This document shows positions 36,750 through 48,929 of a stretch of DNA of 64,000 nt, piece by piece. The position numbers and the translations under genes were made by a program. This stretch comes from Massalongia carnosa (Eukaryota), in the NCBI GenBank assembly GCA_965645245.1, contig OZ287078.1, positions 186,001-250,000 on the forward strand, read 5' to 3'. The notes beneath the pieces are model-generated. The model did no database searches. It had not been told where the DNA came from and worked only from the letters and a program-made list of their open reading frames with translations. The number at the start of each line of letters is the position of its first letter. Position 1 is the first letter of the stretch.

Positions 36750-38916
36750 CCCTCTCGCTGTCATTCTAGCACCCCCCTCCCAAGCTAATCTATATTGGAC
36801 TAGCTTCCGCACCGATGAGTCATCAGAACATTAGTTTTCTCTAGAGTGTTTGCGCGTTTGTTTACTTTTCAAAGAATACTATTCGGTCATTCAATCAAAA
36901 TAAATCACATAAATTACTATTCTTCTAGCTTCGGAATTGATATTATAAGTATGACGCTCAATGAAGAAGAAATCCCGAGTGTATCAGACAAATCTCCCAT
37001 TTCAGCGAAGCAACATAAAATAAATCGCAAAAGAAGTGTTCGGGATATTTTAATCGACCTTCCCCCTATTTCCTCAAAATATACCCCCATTCGGGTTGAA
37101 AACAGGCCTTTTGTTCCGCTCGTTGAAAACGATTCTCGAAATCCTTTGGAATTATTTCAGTTATTTATAACAAGGCAGCATTGTCGTATCATCGCAAATC
37201 ATACCAATATCAAGGCAAATAACTACATGGAAAAGGAGAAGGAGAACAATCATCGGGTTTGGACTGACACTACTGACTCGGAAATTGAGGTTTTTTTGGG
37301 CATATTAATTCTTATGGGACTCGATCATCTACCTGCTACAGAGGATTATTGGAATCAACGTCCTGACAAACCAGTTATCATGCCTATTCTGTCCGCGATG
37401 TCGCTTGGTCGATTTCAACAAATCAAACGATTTTTGAAAATCAATAATGGACAGATTGAGCCTATCGGACTTGGTCAAGGACCTGATTGGTGGAAGAAAC
37501 TGGAACCGTTGGCTACTGATTTCCGAAAGACTTCATTGAAACATTGCAGACCAGGAAGTATGATATCTATAGATGAACAGCTGGTGTTATTCAAGGGCCG
37601 TTCTCGACATACCTTGCAGATTACTACAAAAAGTGCCCATAAAGGATTTAAAATCTACAGTCTCTGTCAGGATAATTATCTGTTGTCATTTATGTTTGCC
37701 TCGAAGAGTAGCAGAATAAGTGAATTGAAAACAGTCAGACAATTGGGATTTTTGCCAAAAGATAAACTAACTCCTAGTGCTTTGCTAGTGATTCAGTTAT
37801 GTAAAGAACTTCCATCCTCACTGAATTATCATCTTTTCTGTGATAATTTCTTTACTAGTACGAAATTATTCAAGGCACTTCGATCAATCGGAATAGCTGC
37901 CAGTGGAACTGCTAAAAAGGGCTCGGGCTTTCCAGAAGAATTGTTGGCCATACGGGACGTCACTTCAAAAGGAAAAGACTGGGGTCTTCAGGCCCATATG
38001 GTGGTCGACGATAAGGTGCTTTGTATGGGCTGGGTGGATAATAATGGTGTGCAGTACATGACCACCGGTCATTCTCCTCAGGACTTGTACGAAATGCACT
38101 ATATAAATCCGCACAAGAGATATGGAATTCCCGAGACCTCTCTTCAACCTATTGTATCGTATTTCCCATCAACTCTGGCTCACTCCATTCCCTTGCTCAA
38201 TCAAGAGGTTCAACGGCCCTTAGGATTACCGATACCAGCCCCAATCAAAGAATATAATCTTCATATGGGGGGATCGGATGGAAACGCTCAGCAACGAGCG
38301 ATTTACTCATACAATCGTCGAACGGATCGTTACTGGTGGCCTTTGTTCATTTTTATTTTAGATGCAGCCGGATTGAATGCCTATAAACTTTACTCGCTGA
38401 ACTCTTTCGATTCCGAGGAGATAAAATTTACTCGTTCTGAATTTCTTCGTCGGATTGCTCTTGAACTGATATCAAATCAAGCGGGCATCAGGCCCGGCTC
38501 ATCAAAGATAAGCATCAATACCACGATTGATGCTTTAGTACCATCTCCCATTCATCATTACGTTCGTCTTGAAGGCAGAAAAAGATGTGTGCAATGTAAC
38601 GCCGAGAAAAAACGACCTTCAAAGCGGAAGGGAGAGCCACTGGCTGAAATAAGTGTCGATGGGCGTAAAAGAAGGCGAAGGGGTGCTCAGACTATATGGG
38701 CTTGTGGAGGATGTAATCCAATCAGGCCCTGCTGTAAGAAAGCCAGCTGTTGGGAAGCTATTCATATGATAGGGGACGAGTAAATAGGTATCTGATACTC
38801 CGTACAACTTCTTGTGAATAGGAATAACATTGATTGGTCAAAATTTTAAGGTTTAGCGCTTTCTAACCAACAATGGTTTAGCTTGGGGGGGGGGTGCTAG
38901 AATGACAGCGAGAGGG
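36750..38916 (+). mobile_element. piggyBac-like DNA transposon, apparently intact
   Basis: ~39-bp TIRs ccctctcgctgtcattctagcacccccc..aagctaa; flanks CTAT and ATAG. Confidence 0.9.
36951..38783 (+). CDS. piggyBac-family transposase (610 aa)
   Basis: SIDEQL, FCDNFF, YNLHMGGSD catalytic Asp motifs; RYWWPLF; C-terminal Cys-rich domain; uninterrupted ORF. Confidence 0.9.
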   Translation: MTLNEEEIPSVSDKSPISAKQHKINRKRSVRDILIDLPPISSKYTPIRVENRPFVPLVENDSRNPLELFQLFITRQHCRIIANHTNIKANNYMEKEKENNHRVWTDTTDSEIEVFLGILILMGLDHLPATEDYWNQRPDKPVIMPILSAMSLGRFQQIKRFLKINNGQIEPIGLGQGPDWWKKLEPLATDFRKTSLKHCRPGSMISIDEQLVLFKGRSRHTLQITTKSAHKGFKIYSLCQDNYLLSFMFASKSSRISELKTVRQLGFLPKDKLTPSALLVIQLCKELPSSLNYHLFCDNFFTSTKLFKALRSIGIAASGTAKKGSGFPEELLAIRDVTSKGKDWGLQAHMVVDDKVLCMGWVDNNGVQYMTTGHSPQDLYEMHYINPHKRYGIPETSLQPIVSYFPSTLAHSIPLLNQEVQRPLGLPIPAPIKEYNLHMGGSDGNAQQRAIYSYNRRTDRYWWPLFIFILDAAGLNAYKLYSLNSFDSEEIKFTRSEFLRRIALELISNQAGIRPGSSKISINTTIDALVPSPIHHYVRLEGRKRCVQCNAEKKRPSKRKGEPLAEISVDGRKRRRRGAQTIWACGGCNPIRPCCKKASCWEAIHMIGDE

Positions 38917-41222
38917 ATAGACGAGCTTGCTCGCACATCTCAATGGACATCCTTTTACACACCCTTATTATGATGATTACCTTTACAGAAAGAGTCATCT
39001 GCTAGTACTCGTAATTTTTGCAAGACTAGCAACTTCAGTTTACGAGAAGCATTACGAAACAGAATTGATCGATTGACATACGATTTATTCAGATACTTGT
39101 CTCTTTGCTCCGAAACCGCGGGTGGACGTCTCTCTTCTCATGAATCGTCGACACAACTTGGCTACAATAACCGTGAGAATCAGAACAGTCTGTCTATACT
39201 CACGAAGATTATTTTCATAGTCGCGTTTATTCAATGGAAAGTCGTAGCTGTATCCCAAATCATGAACTACTTACTGCGTTGGGCGAGGCCCTGTCTCTTT
39301 ATGTGTTTTAGCGGATTTTAAAAGCTAGATGGAGAGACGACATATCCAATAGCGTAGGTAGCGAAGCTACACTCTGACATCTTCAAAATGATCCTCACTA
39401 GACCCCCCTGATGTTCATCATCCCATTTCGATTTGTCGGACAAATTGTCGCAAACGAATCGCGCAATGCTTAAATCATTGCCTTAATGCTAATTACAATT
39501 AAGAGAACGAATGTAAGAGCTATCCCGTTCGCTTAAACTTGTGACTGCAACCGATGTCCTTTCAAATACGATCAAATCAAAAGCATGACATTGCCCGTGG
39601 CAGGATTTACTCTCCCTTCACCGACAGTCCGAGAAAATTGCGTCGACGGGACAGGAGATCTAACTTCAGGTAAGCATCAGCTGGGAGGGGCCCATTCGGG
39701 GCCCATTCGGGGAACCTCACATATCGACTTTTCCGACCCGAACAAGTGTCTGGAAAAGCTCCCCCATTGGGCGCCAAGTTAAATCCGCCGAGTCCATTCG
39801 CAAAGTCAGGACAATCTTCCATGGCTGCGCCTCATGGATACTTCGCTAGAGAGCCATCAACGTTGTATTGCTGTGATAAAACCTAGCCTTTGATGATTGT
39901 AGTTGGAGTGGTAGCATCGAAAAGCACGGACAACAGTCAGTGGACGCTTCGGCCCCAAATCTGCTCCAGAGGTGTACTAAACATTCCTGGTTACACAAGC
40001 AACATCCGCAAAAACTCCAGTATGGAGGTTACGCCGCCGCTGCGAGAGACCAGGAACCTTCCACACACCACCATTGCAGCATTCATGTAGACATTTCTCC
40101 ACATTGCTCCAGCCACGACCTGCGCTCGGATGAAGTGATGAAACATGTACAATTACGAAATTGGGGATGGGGATGATCGGTACTGCCCATCAAACCTTCA
40201 TTCATCGGAGCCGCCTAATGAACGGAGTACATGGATCCTCGTTGAGTCAACATCTACAAGATTTTCGCCTATTGGTCTTTCAGTACACCCCATATGAACA
40301 AATCAACAAATCTAGAATTCAACAACGGGTGCGCTGTTGATTAATCTGAAGAAAGACCTGCGACATGGGCAACAATGATCAATCTTGATGGATGGAATAA
40401 ATATCTGGTCATCGGCTACTGTTTGCTTCTGTCGCTTTCACACGATTCTAAGAATAGGCGACTCCTCCCAGGGTTCGACTACAAGACTGAACTGAATCGA
40501 GGGAAAACGCTCATCCTTTCCCCATTGACTCCAGCGAGCATGGGTTCTCGGGGCACTGTCAACAAACCGCAGTTCTCCAATGCTCGAGATTACCTGCATG
40601 AGCAATGATTGTCCTCCAATCGGGCCGAGTTCGATCATCACATACCCATCTTTGAGCGAAAGTTGAGGGCCTATCTTGACATATTTAGTTGCACAGCATC
40701 GATGATCACCAGGTAGACTTACATATACCGAGATTTACGCCACAACCGTGACCAAGTTCCGTCAATTTGATCCACCGCCAAGAAAAAGATGAAGATTGTG
40801 TGTGAACGTGCGCTCCTCCGCCAGCCTCTGGGTATTGACATAATCAAACCCATAGAACGGCCTAGATGTGCGTTCTCCCCCATCTGGGTCAGGATTTTAT
40901 ATGCATCAACCACATGTCTACCGAGATCCTCCTGGTTGATCATGCTGTCTCATCCTCCAAACGCTCATCAGCTGGCATCTGGGTTCTGTAAAAGTGATTC
41001 GCCCATGTGTCTCCTGTTAGACTAGACAGTCCCAAGTGATTCGTCAATCTATCGTACAAATAAACTCTAGGTTTGATCCTTGTCCGCTGTAGGTATTGAT
41101 ACACATACATCCAGTTATACGCTGTCCTAGTTACTGAGTCACCAGCTATCTTATCTCATATGGCTATCTATAGCATTAACCGTACGGTTTTACGGCATGA
41201 TTTTTAATTAGAGAATTACATA

Positions 41223-41364
41223 TCGTATTCACCCCCATTTCGCAACACGCTAATTAGTAATTATCCAAGAGTAGATAGAAGAGTCGTATTCTCAATCTTC
41301 CAATACTATTTGAGTCGTTTACCGTAGTAAATTCTAGCGTGTTGCAAATAGGGGTGAATACGAG
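41223..41364. mobile_element. MITE (Tc1/mariner-type, TA flanks), copy 1
   Basis: TIRs tcgtattcacccccatttcgcaacacgcta / tagcgtgttgcaaataggggtgaatacgag, flanked by TA. Confidence 0.85.
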
Positions 41365-41706
41365 TACATCATTAGCATGCATTCACGGAGATAAACAAAC
41401 ACATAGAACGGTCTAGACTTGCGCCGTCTATCATTGACTCGGAGACGGATATGCATCTATTCTGGAATTTACTGTCACTTCAGGTCCTCTCTTATAATCG
41501 ATAAGACTTAAAAACAGGGATATATTGAAAACGCCGAATGCGTTGATGTAAAGGCGGGGCTTTCGCATAAAAAAATCCTAATCCGACTCAAATCCGTTGA
41601 ATGGAGTAACCCGACGACTTTAATTTAAACCGTTGCGTGGCTTAAATATAATTTGCGTTAATATCTCAAAATCACAATTTTCAGGACATATAACGTAACC
41701 ACATTA

Positions 41707-43197
41707 TCATGCAGTAGCTGTAGCTAGATCTTCTAAATCAAAGAGAATATGACGAATAACTGGTCCACGTCTCGTGGATGCGTGTCCATCATCAAGAATC
41801 CGCAGGCAGCGGAGTGCGATATCAACATATCGCACCCCCATTGTAATTTTCAAACCGTCCGTCATGCTTTCAAGATTACTTTTGCGCTCAGGGGCTGAGA
41901 CATGTTCAAATAGATGGTTGTACGTGTGAAGTGGCTTCCAACGTCCGATCTCAACGAGAATGACACCAAGAGCATAGATATCGTGCTCAGGAACAAACTC
42001 TGCAGCTGCCTGCCCCTCGGAGTCTACGGGCGTACGGTCAGGGTGTTGGTATAATTGTCTGCGCCATCCGCCGCCCAATGCCTCATCACCAGTTGACCTT
42101 CCAGTTTCTCTGCGAGTGTAGTCAAATCCAGCTAGGAAGGCTGTACCCAAATTCTGAGGATACTTGAAGGTCGAGGACTGCCGGTTCGCCATCCAGATGT
42201 TCGAGGCTTGGATGCCTTTGTGGACCCATCCAATTGAATGGATGAAGAGTATGGCTGAGGCAATTTGTCGGGCGAGCTCGAATCGCTGATCGAGTGAATG
42301 CTTCAAGATACGATTTCCGCGATCATCAATCAAATTCAAGAGTTGGGACAGTTGCACCGGGGCATTAAACCGGGCAGGTAGCTCATATACGATACCAAAG
42401 GGAACCGTTGGCTCGGCTTGCGAGACAAAATACTTGATTGCGCGCATTGAGAACATCTTCGCGGCGTCGATGGCTGACAGGACCGAAACCAACTTCACGA
42501 TCTCTTGCTCAGCCTCGTGCCTCATCCTCTCATTACTGGCATCGCTTGCAGGCAGTCTCTTCCATTCCACGAGATATGTCTTCGAGCTCATTGCCGTCAG
42601 TTGCCCTCCTGACCAGGGTTCAAAGTCGTTGCCAAACCCGTTTTGAAGCCGCAATTCCTCAGTCAATTCTTCGCTTTCTGAATCGCCCAGCTTCTGAAAC
42701 TTTAGAATTGTTTCCTCCATTCGTTGATGAGCCATGGCCGTTCCCACCAACGATGAGGATTCTCCCACATACGTCAGGAGCCGGCCCTTAGTAGGATTTG
42801 GAAATAGAACAAGGCATTTCTGCAATCTATCGACCCACTCATATATCGCATGCTCGGCAGAGTTTAGATCTTCTCCAACGGCAATCCACTTCGTTTTATC
42901 CCATTTACCGCTCGATTTGTACTTCAGCAGCCGCGTCTGAGTCGACTGTAGGATTGGTAAAAGGTACGAAAAGACCCGTTGCAAGTGATTCACACTCTCA
43001 GCATCTAGGTTTTCAAGTACATCCTCCGTTAAGAACTTGTTCAGACAACCAAGAAGCGTGGTGTCGTTCTCAAAGCGCAAGAGAACCGCGGGGATTTCTG
43101 CTCTAGCGTCATGATATCGCTTGCAGAAGGAGACGATATCTTTTGCAAACCCCCACGAGGCTGAGATGGCCCCCAGAACAGCGAAACTAGAGACCAT
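41707..43197 (-). CDS. HeLo-like helical N-terminal domain + pseudokinase (MLKL-like architecture), 496 aa, intronless
   Basis: Hydrophobic first helix MVSSFAVLGAISASWGFAKDIVSF, helical bundle ending KTKW; kinase-like C-lobe RFELARQIA, WVHKGIQASNI, FLAGFDYTR, YQHPDR, HDIYALGVILVEIG. Confidence 0.8.
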   Translation of the reverse strand: MVSSFAVLGAISASWGFAKDIVSFCKRYHDARAEIPAVLLRFENDTTLLGCLNKFLTEDVLENLDAESVNHLQRVFSYLLPILQSTQTRLLKYKSSGKWDKTKWIAVGEDLNSAEHAIYEWVDRLQKCLVLFPNPTKGRLLTYVGESSSLVGTAMAHQRMEETILKFQKLGDSESEELTEELRLQNGFGNDFEPWSGGQLTAMSSKTYLVEWKRLPASDASNERMRHEAEQEIVKLVSVLSAIDAAKMFSMRAIKYFVSQAEPTVPFGIVYELPARFNAPVQLSQLLNLIDDRGNRILKHSLDQRFELARQIASAILFIHSIGWVHKGIQASNIWMANRQSSTFKYPQNLGTAFLAGFDYTRRETGRSTGDEALGGGWRRQLYQHPDRTPVDSEGQAAAEFVPEHDIYALGVILVEIGRWKPLHTYNHLFEHVSAPERKSNLESMTDGLKITMGVRYVDIALRCLRILDDGHASTRRGPVIRHILFDLEDLATATA

Positions 43198-43365
43198 CGT
43201 TCTGGTGAGGCACGCGTCGACTTCACAAATCACAACCGTAAGGCTAGCTTAAGTTCTATGATCCAATCCACATGTCACGTGTTGCTAGAGTGGAGGGAAG
43301 GTCATGGGACGAACGGTGCATATCTCAAACGGGGAGAATGACGTCGACGCGATGGGGGAACACTA

Positions 43366-43498
43366 CTCGTATTCACCCCCATTTGCAACACGCTAGAATT
43401 TACTACGGCAAACGACTCAAATAATATTTGAAGATTGGGAATACGACTCTTCGAATCTACTCTCGGGTAGTTAATTACTAATTAGCGTGTTACAAATG
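43366..43498. mobile_element. MITE copy 2, inverted relative to copy 1, one TIR truncated
   Basis: Internal sequence is the reverse complement of 41248-41340 with substitutions. Confidence 0.85.
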
Positions 43499-43839
43499 CA
43501 TGTTACGACGCGTGGCATGTAAGTCGTCAGGCAACAGCGCCAGGCAGCATTTCCACACCTACTTCTCATATTCGAAGATATTTCAAGCAATGCTCGAATC
43601 GTCTTTGCATCATCTATTCGTTTCATTTGATTCACATGATCCGCTAGGTTACTGAATGTGATGTGATGCCCGGTTCCGTCCCACGAACGAGAAGACCTTC
43701 GCTCGTTTCAGTGCTCTTCCGCTTGGCTGTTGGTGTTCTTGCATGTTCTGCATGCAGTGGCATAGCGAGCAAGTTTGCGACATACTGCAAATAACCCTCT
43801 CTTCTCAAGCCTTGTTTCGCGTGTAAATGTATATTCAGA

Positions 43840-46800
43840 ATGGCCGATGATTCCTTGCTTGATGATTTGAGCAGCGCGGTAGATGAAGGGTTGAAGAATC
43901 CTGCTCTCCGCTGGAATGCCGGCCTTCCAATAGCCTTGCCGTACGTGACAACTGTTGGTGTCATTCGTCGATCAAAGCATCTCCTCAACAGTGCGAAGGA
44001 TTCCATTGCCGACGATACGACAAAACATCTCGACTACGAAAGCTTCGTGCGATTCCTGGCCGACACACCCGTACCGACTGTACCGAAATTCGATAGAGAG
44101 CCAGTTTCCCTGGGCAGTGGCTGGACCATGAGCGTTTACCGAGGGCGAGCGAATCTGCATGATTCGTCACGTCTTGTTGCAGTCAAGTAAATGCTCTTTC
44201 GGTACTTGATGACGTTCCGACTAACAATGAAAGGGAGTTAAATATCGATCTGGCGCTTGGCATGTCGTCTGAAGAAGAACGAAATTCTGACTTCAGGGCA
44301 AAGCTGACCTCTGTCATCTTGGGTACGAACGCAGATGATGTCCCATCCGTCAAAGCTATTGATAATCTTTGCAGAGATCCGTCTGATGTCGCACGAGCTC
44401 CTCCGAAGCCATAACAACATTGTTCGTCTGCTAGGTATCAGTTGGACGTCTCGCAAGCTTAAGACCGGGGATGAGCCCTTACAGATCCCTGTTCTTTTGG
44501 TTGAACTGGCCTCATCGTTAAATGGACAACCTTTGACGCTCGAACTACTGATACAGTTGTCCATGGACGAGCCATTGAGCGTACAGACGAAGACGAAATT
44601 GTTGTCAGACGTTGCTACTGGTCTTACGGCCTTGCATGCACTTGGAGTTGTCCATGGTGATGTGAAGCCTTCAAACATGCTCATATTCGAAGATGAATTG
44701 GGCATGACTGCAAAGATATCGGACTTTGGATTTTGCCTTACGGGCGATCACGATTTGCAAGCTGCACGAGGTGGGACGCCCCTCTGGAATGCACCTGAGT
44801 GCTTGAAAAATGCTCCAGAAAGGTTACGAGCTCACAGATACGAGGTTACTAGGGATTATTACTCCTTTGGGCTATTGATATGGTAAGCTCAGTGTGCATG
44901 GCGAGAACTCGAAGTCTGAACTGCATCTTAGGTTTGTTCTTTTCGAAGGTATTCCTTTGATGGATCACCAAAATAACCTGGACTGTTTAAAATTGAAACC
45001 AAGTTTAAAAGATGAGATTGATGAGATTTTCGCTAAGCGCTACAGATTAAATGTTGATGTTTCTAGTAGCAAGAAGACTTCCTTTCAAGAGGAATTCAAC
45101 GTGCGCACTGGTAACTGGCAAGCCTCCGTGACGAACGAACAGCACATTCTACGCTTTCTCATGCAATGGTTACTAGTCGCCGCTCCTCAAGCAAGGCAGC
45201 ACGCACTTGACCTGTACGGACCGTTACTTCGGGATCGGTGTGTACCTATGCTTCTCCAATCTTCTCTTGAATTGTCATTGATATTGCATAGGTCTTGTTT
45301 GGAACTTGCGAAGCAGGCATTTGAATCATCTGGAACTTGGGATGATCAGTGGTCGAAATTTGGGCAGCCGGCGATACGGTTTTCCGTTAGAGTGGCATCA
45401 GAACACTGCGAGTAAGTAACGGAAGCCGGAAATTGACAATTGAAAGTTCATGGGTACAGAAATTCACGACGGACACTTTACTCTCTAGATACCTCCATGG
45501 AAATTAACGAGTGGGGACGGTTACGCCAATTTGAAAAATCATCAACAGGCCAGAAGGTGCACCAAATCTTTGCTCAAGGCGGACGTTAAGCTTACAATAA
45601 TGACAGATTGAGCAATTCGCTGCGAAAAACGTTCCGATTCAACTGCAGCGACAAATTTTTCAGAACTCTCTCCAACATGCTGCCAGCTCAGAGGAAGAAA
45701 ATCCATTGAGCCACCAGAAGATGGTTGGAGACTGTTACAGCATAGGCTTTGGCGTCGAGCGTAACATCTCCCATGCTCTTTCCTGGTACGAGAAGGCAGC
45801 ACAGGCCGGAAGCGTGGAAGCGGCCGAGGCTTTCCTCCGTGTAGCAGGGCCAGAGTTAGCCTTTGAGCATCTTGGGGCACTCGTCTACTGTCAATGGCTT
45901 TGTCGTGCCCTTCTCTCTGCCTTTGATCAAGAAATGGATGAATCCATGGGGAGACCAAGATATTCAAGGCAAATTTTGCGTCTTCAACACCTACTATGTA
46001 CGAACCCGGAACTTGCTCGTGTTGCACTGGAGCAAGCTTTCGAAAATTTCATCGTGATGAAGGATCTTACGCTCCGCCAGATTTCTAACGATACCACAGC
46101 CGGAATTGAAGCAAGCGCGGAGTGGGTGGAAGCGGTGAACGCGATACGGAGAGACGATCAGGAGGCACTTCGGCAGGCCATCTCTACATTGCCTTCAATT
46201 CTCCAAGGTCATCCAGAGTCTCGAACACTTGCGTACGTGGCTGCAGAAAGCGGTCGTGCTGGCCTCTTGCGGATGCTAATAGAAGAGTATGGCGTGGATT
46301 GTCAGCTCCCAAACAGTGACGGAGTTACTCCACTAGCATGTGCTACTCGCCTTGGTAATACCGCCGCCGTGAGAGTGCTCTTATTCTTTAACAAGAACGC
46401 TATGTTAGAGCGCGACATCACAGCAATGGACACCGGTGCAGAAGGTGATAGCGGTAAGACTCGTTATAAAGCTAGTCCCAGTACCATTCAGGAAGACTGA
46501 CCGTGTGACAGATTTGACGAAACTTCTCTTCGAGAAATTTGTTGGGCCAAAATCGTCAAACAGCAAGCCTAATGCGATCCTTGGTCCTTTTGGCCGTTGG
46601 TCATTGTTCTCACTGGCGTCAGCAATTCTCAACAATAATTGGACCGTTCTCTGCACACTTCTTGCTATAGGTGCTCATCCAGATACCATATCGTTACCTG
46701 AGATCTCAGGAGCAGAAACTTTTTTCGCTGCCACACTATTAGCAAGCACGTCGTACAACCCAATCATGCTGGCTGCACTGTTGGCTTTTGGTGCGTCCGT

Positions 46801-48322
46801 AAGTATGCGGGTGCCATCCCCCGATAATCGTACGGCACTTCATCTTGCCTGTGGAAAATACTTCAATACTAAATCTGGCTGGGAGGCGATTGAAGACAGG
46901 CCAGAATTCACCCAGCACTGGACCTTGAACCGCACTAATGTACCGCAAGGCACCCTTAAGCATCTGCAAAAATTCACAATTTGGATTCTGCTGAACTGCG
47001 ATGCTAGTGTGGAGTCACCAGACAACAATGGTTTGACACCTTTGGCGTATTCGCTCCAGAACAGCGCTGATTTAACTGCGGCTATGTATCTTCTTGAACA
47101 AAGAAGCCCCGCTGATATCGACGCTCCTGATTTTTCCGGCAATACACCTCTACACCGAGCTCTAGAGAACAATGACTTGGAACGCTTGGAGTTCGTCCTC
47201 AGACATAGAGCTAACGTTGACGCGCAAAACTTCATGGGAGAGACTCCGCTCTGCAAGGCGGTAAAGCATCGCGACGTTGCCATGTGCAAGCGGCTCTTGC
47301 GCGCCGGTGCAAACATTCGGGCCACCGATGCCAATGGCCAAAACTGTCTTCACCTTGCTTTGTGGCACTCTAAAATGGACATTCTTCAGCTCTTTGAGGG
47401 AGTTTTATTGGCTCATTCTCAAGGTGCGTATGAACAGACTCTGCGTGACCGTGACTGCCGGGGCTGGTCATCGCTACACACTTGTATCTTAAAGAGTGGC
47501 ACAGATCCTGCGTTTGTTTCTTTGTTCGAGAGATGGATCACCTCCATTAGAGACCTTGATTTGGATGCTCAGGATGGATTGGGTTGGACAATGCTCCATG
47601 TGGCGAGCTCATACAGCTATGATTGTGCATGTATTCTTCTAAAACAGGGGGCATCCGTGGATGTGAAGGACACTATTCTTGGATGGACTCCCCTGCATTA
47701 TGCCTGTAGTGAAGGAAATCAAGAGGTGTGGAACCTCCTTCTAGCTTATCAAGCCGACTTCTACCTCCGAGACGATTTGATGGGATGGACGCCAATGAAG
47801 ATTCTGGAGCAGGCGATGGACTATTTGCGCCTTGAGTCTGGAGAAACATGGGTTGACGAGGAAGGAAAACCGGCTGAGGATGAAGATGAGGAGTGGCAAG
47901 ATGAAGCCAACGAAAGTGAGGGGAAACAACATGAAACACAACCTCTCGACCCTGTTTCAAGAGAAGCACTTGCCAGGAGAAGAGCGAACTTGCGTTCTCG
48001 TGTCACTCATTTCTTCACCGAAGAGTCAATGCGAAGGATCATGCAACCTGTCAGACAAGCTGACATTGATCATGAGATCGATCTCGCACGCGCAAGCGCA
48101 TTCCCTGAGCATCGCTATCTGGAGGTGGCCTCTTCGGAGGTCGACGAGACACTCCGAATCTGGAACTCGAGGAATTTGCAGCGAGTCTGTTTTGTAGATC
48201 GTCAAGCGAAAGTTAGGCGAAGAGGCCCCATGTCCCCGGCAACTTTTAGCTCACTGCAGGCTTACAGAGTTTGGTTCATCGACATAGATGGTATTATTCA
48301 TGGTTTATCTGGTATGGAATAA
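43840..48322 (+). CDS. Protein kinase + Sel1-like repeat + ankyrin-repeat protein, multi-exon
   Basis: LGSG, VAVK, alphaC Glu (VILEIRLM), HGDVKPSN, SDFG, GTPLWNAPE; GDCYSIGFGVERNISHALSWYEKAA; many ankyrin motifs; in-frame introns 44187-44233, 44323-44374, 44883-44931, 45238-45291, 45412-45459 (uncertain), 45557-45606, 46454-46511. Confidence 0.85.
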
Positions 48323-48929
48323 TACTGTCATTCATGTTAAAAGTAATGCTCTAACTGAATACTCGCACATCATCGGTCCAAATCAACGAAATAGTTAAAG
48401 AAAGACAGCTAGATCAGAGATTACAAGATTATTTTATATGCATTCTCATTTCTTTTTTTTCGATGTTTGTTTTCTGTAGTTCTTGACGTTGTTTTTGTCC
48501 ATGAAGACCTTTGACCGGATGCCTTCAACCTTATAGAAATTGATCATACTATCCATTTCATTAGAGAATGACTCGACGTGTTAAAATGTCGAATTATTCC
48601 GCATGACGAGCGCTCTGCGAGTTGCATATTCTTGTTCTCAATCTACATCAAGCATCCTCGCAAATTTTCGACTTGGATTCTTCTTCAACTGTCTATCCTA
48701 CTCCCGATGGACTCGCTCCTGCCTACATACAACTTTCAAGCAAAGTGGGAGCTGTCATGAGATTCTGCTAAAAATCGCTCTTCAGCGCTATTTCCCTTTC
48801 ACGAATGATTTTCATGAGTTTTACAGCAGACAGTGTCTTCAATCCGGGAAAAATTTCCGTAACGAACAGCTAAACGCATGTCAAGTCGATGTGTTGATGA
48901 TGAGTGATTGAGGATATAGTCCGACAGTA

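Noticed and set aside
39500..41030. Decayed coding-like sequence
   Set aside because: No motif I can assign; multiple stops in all frames
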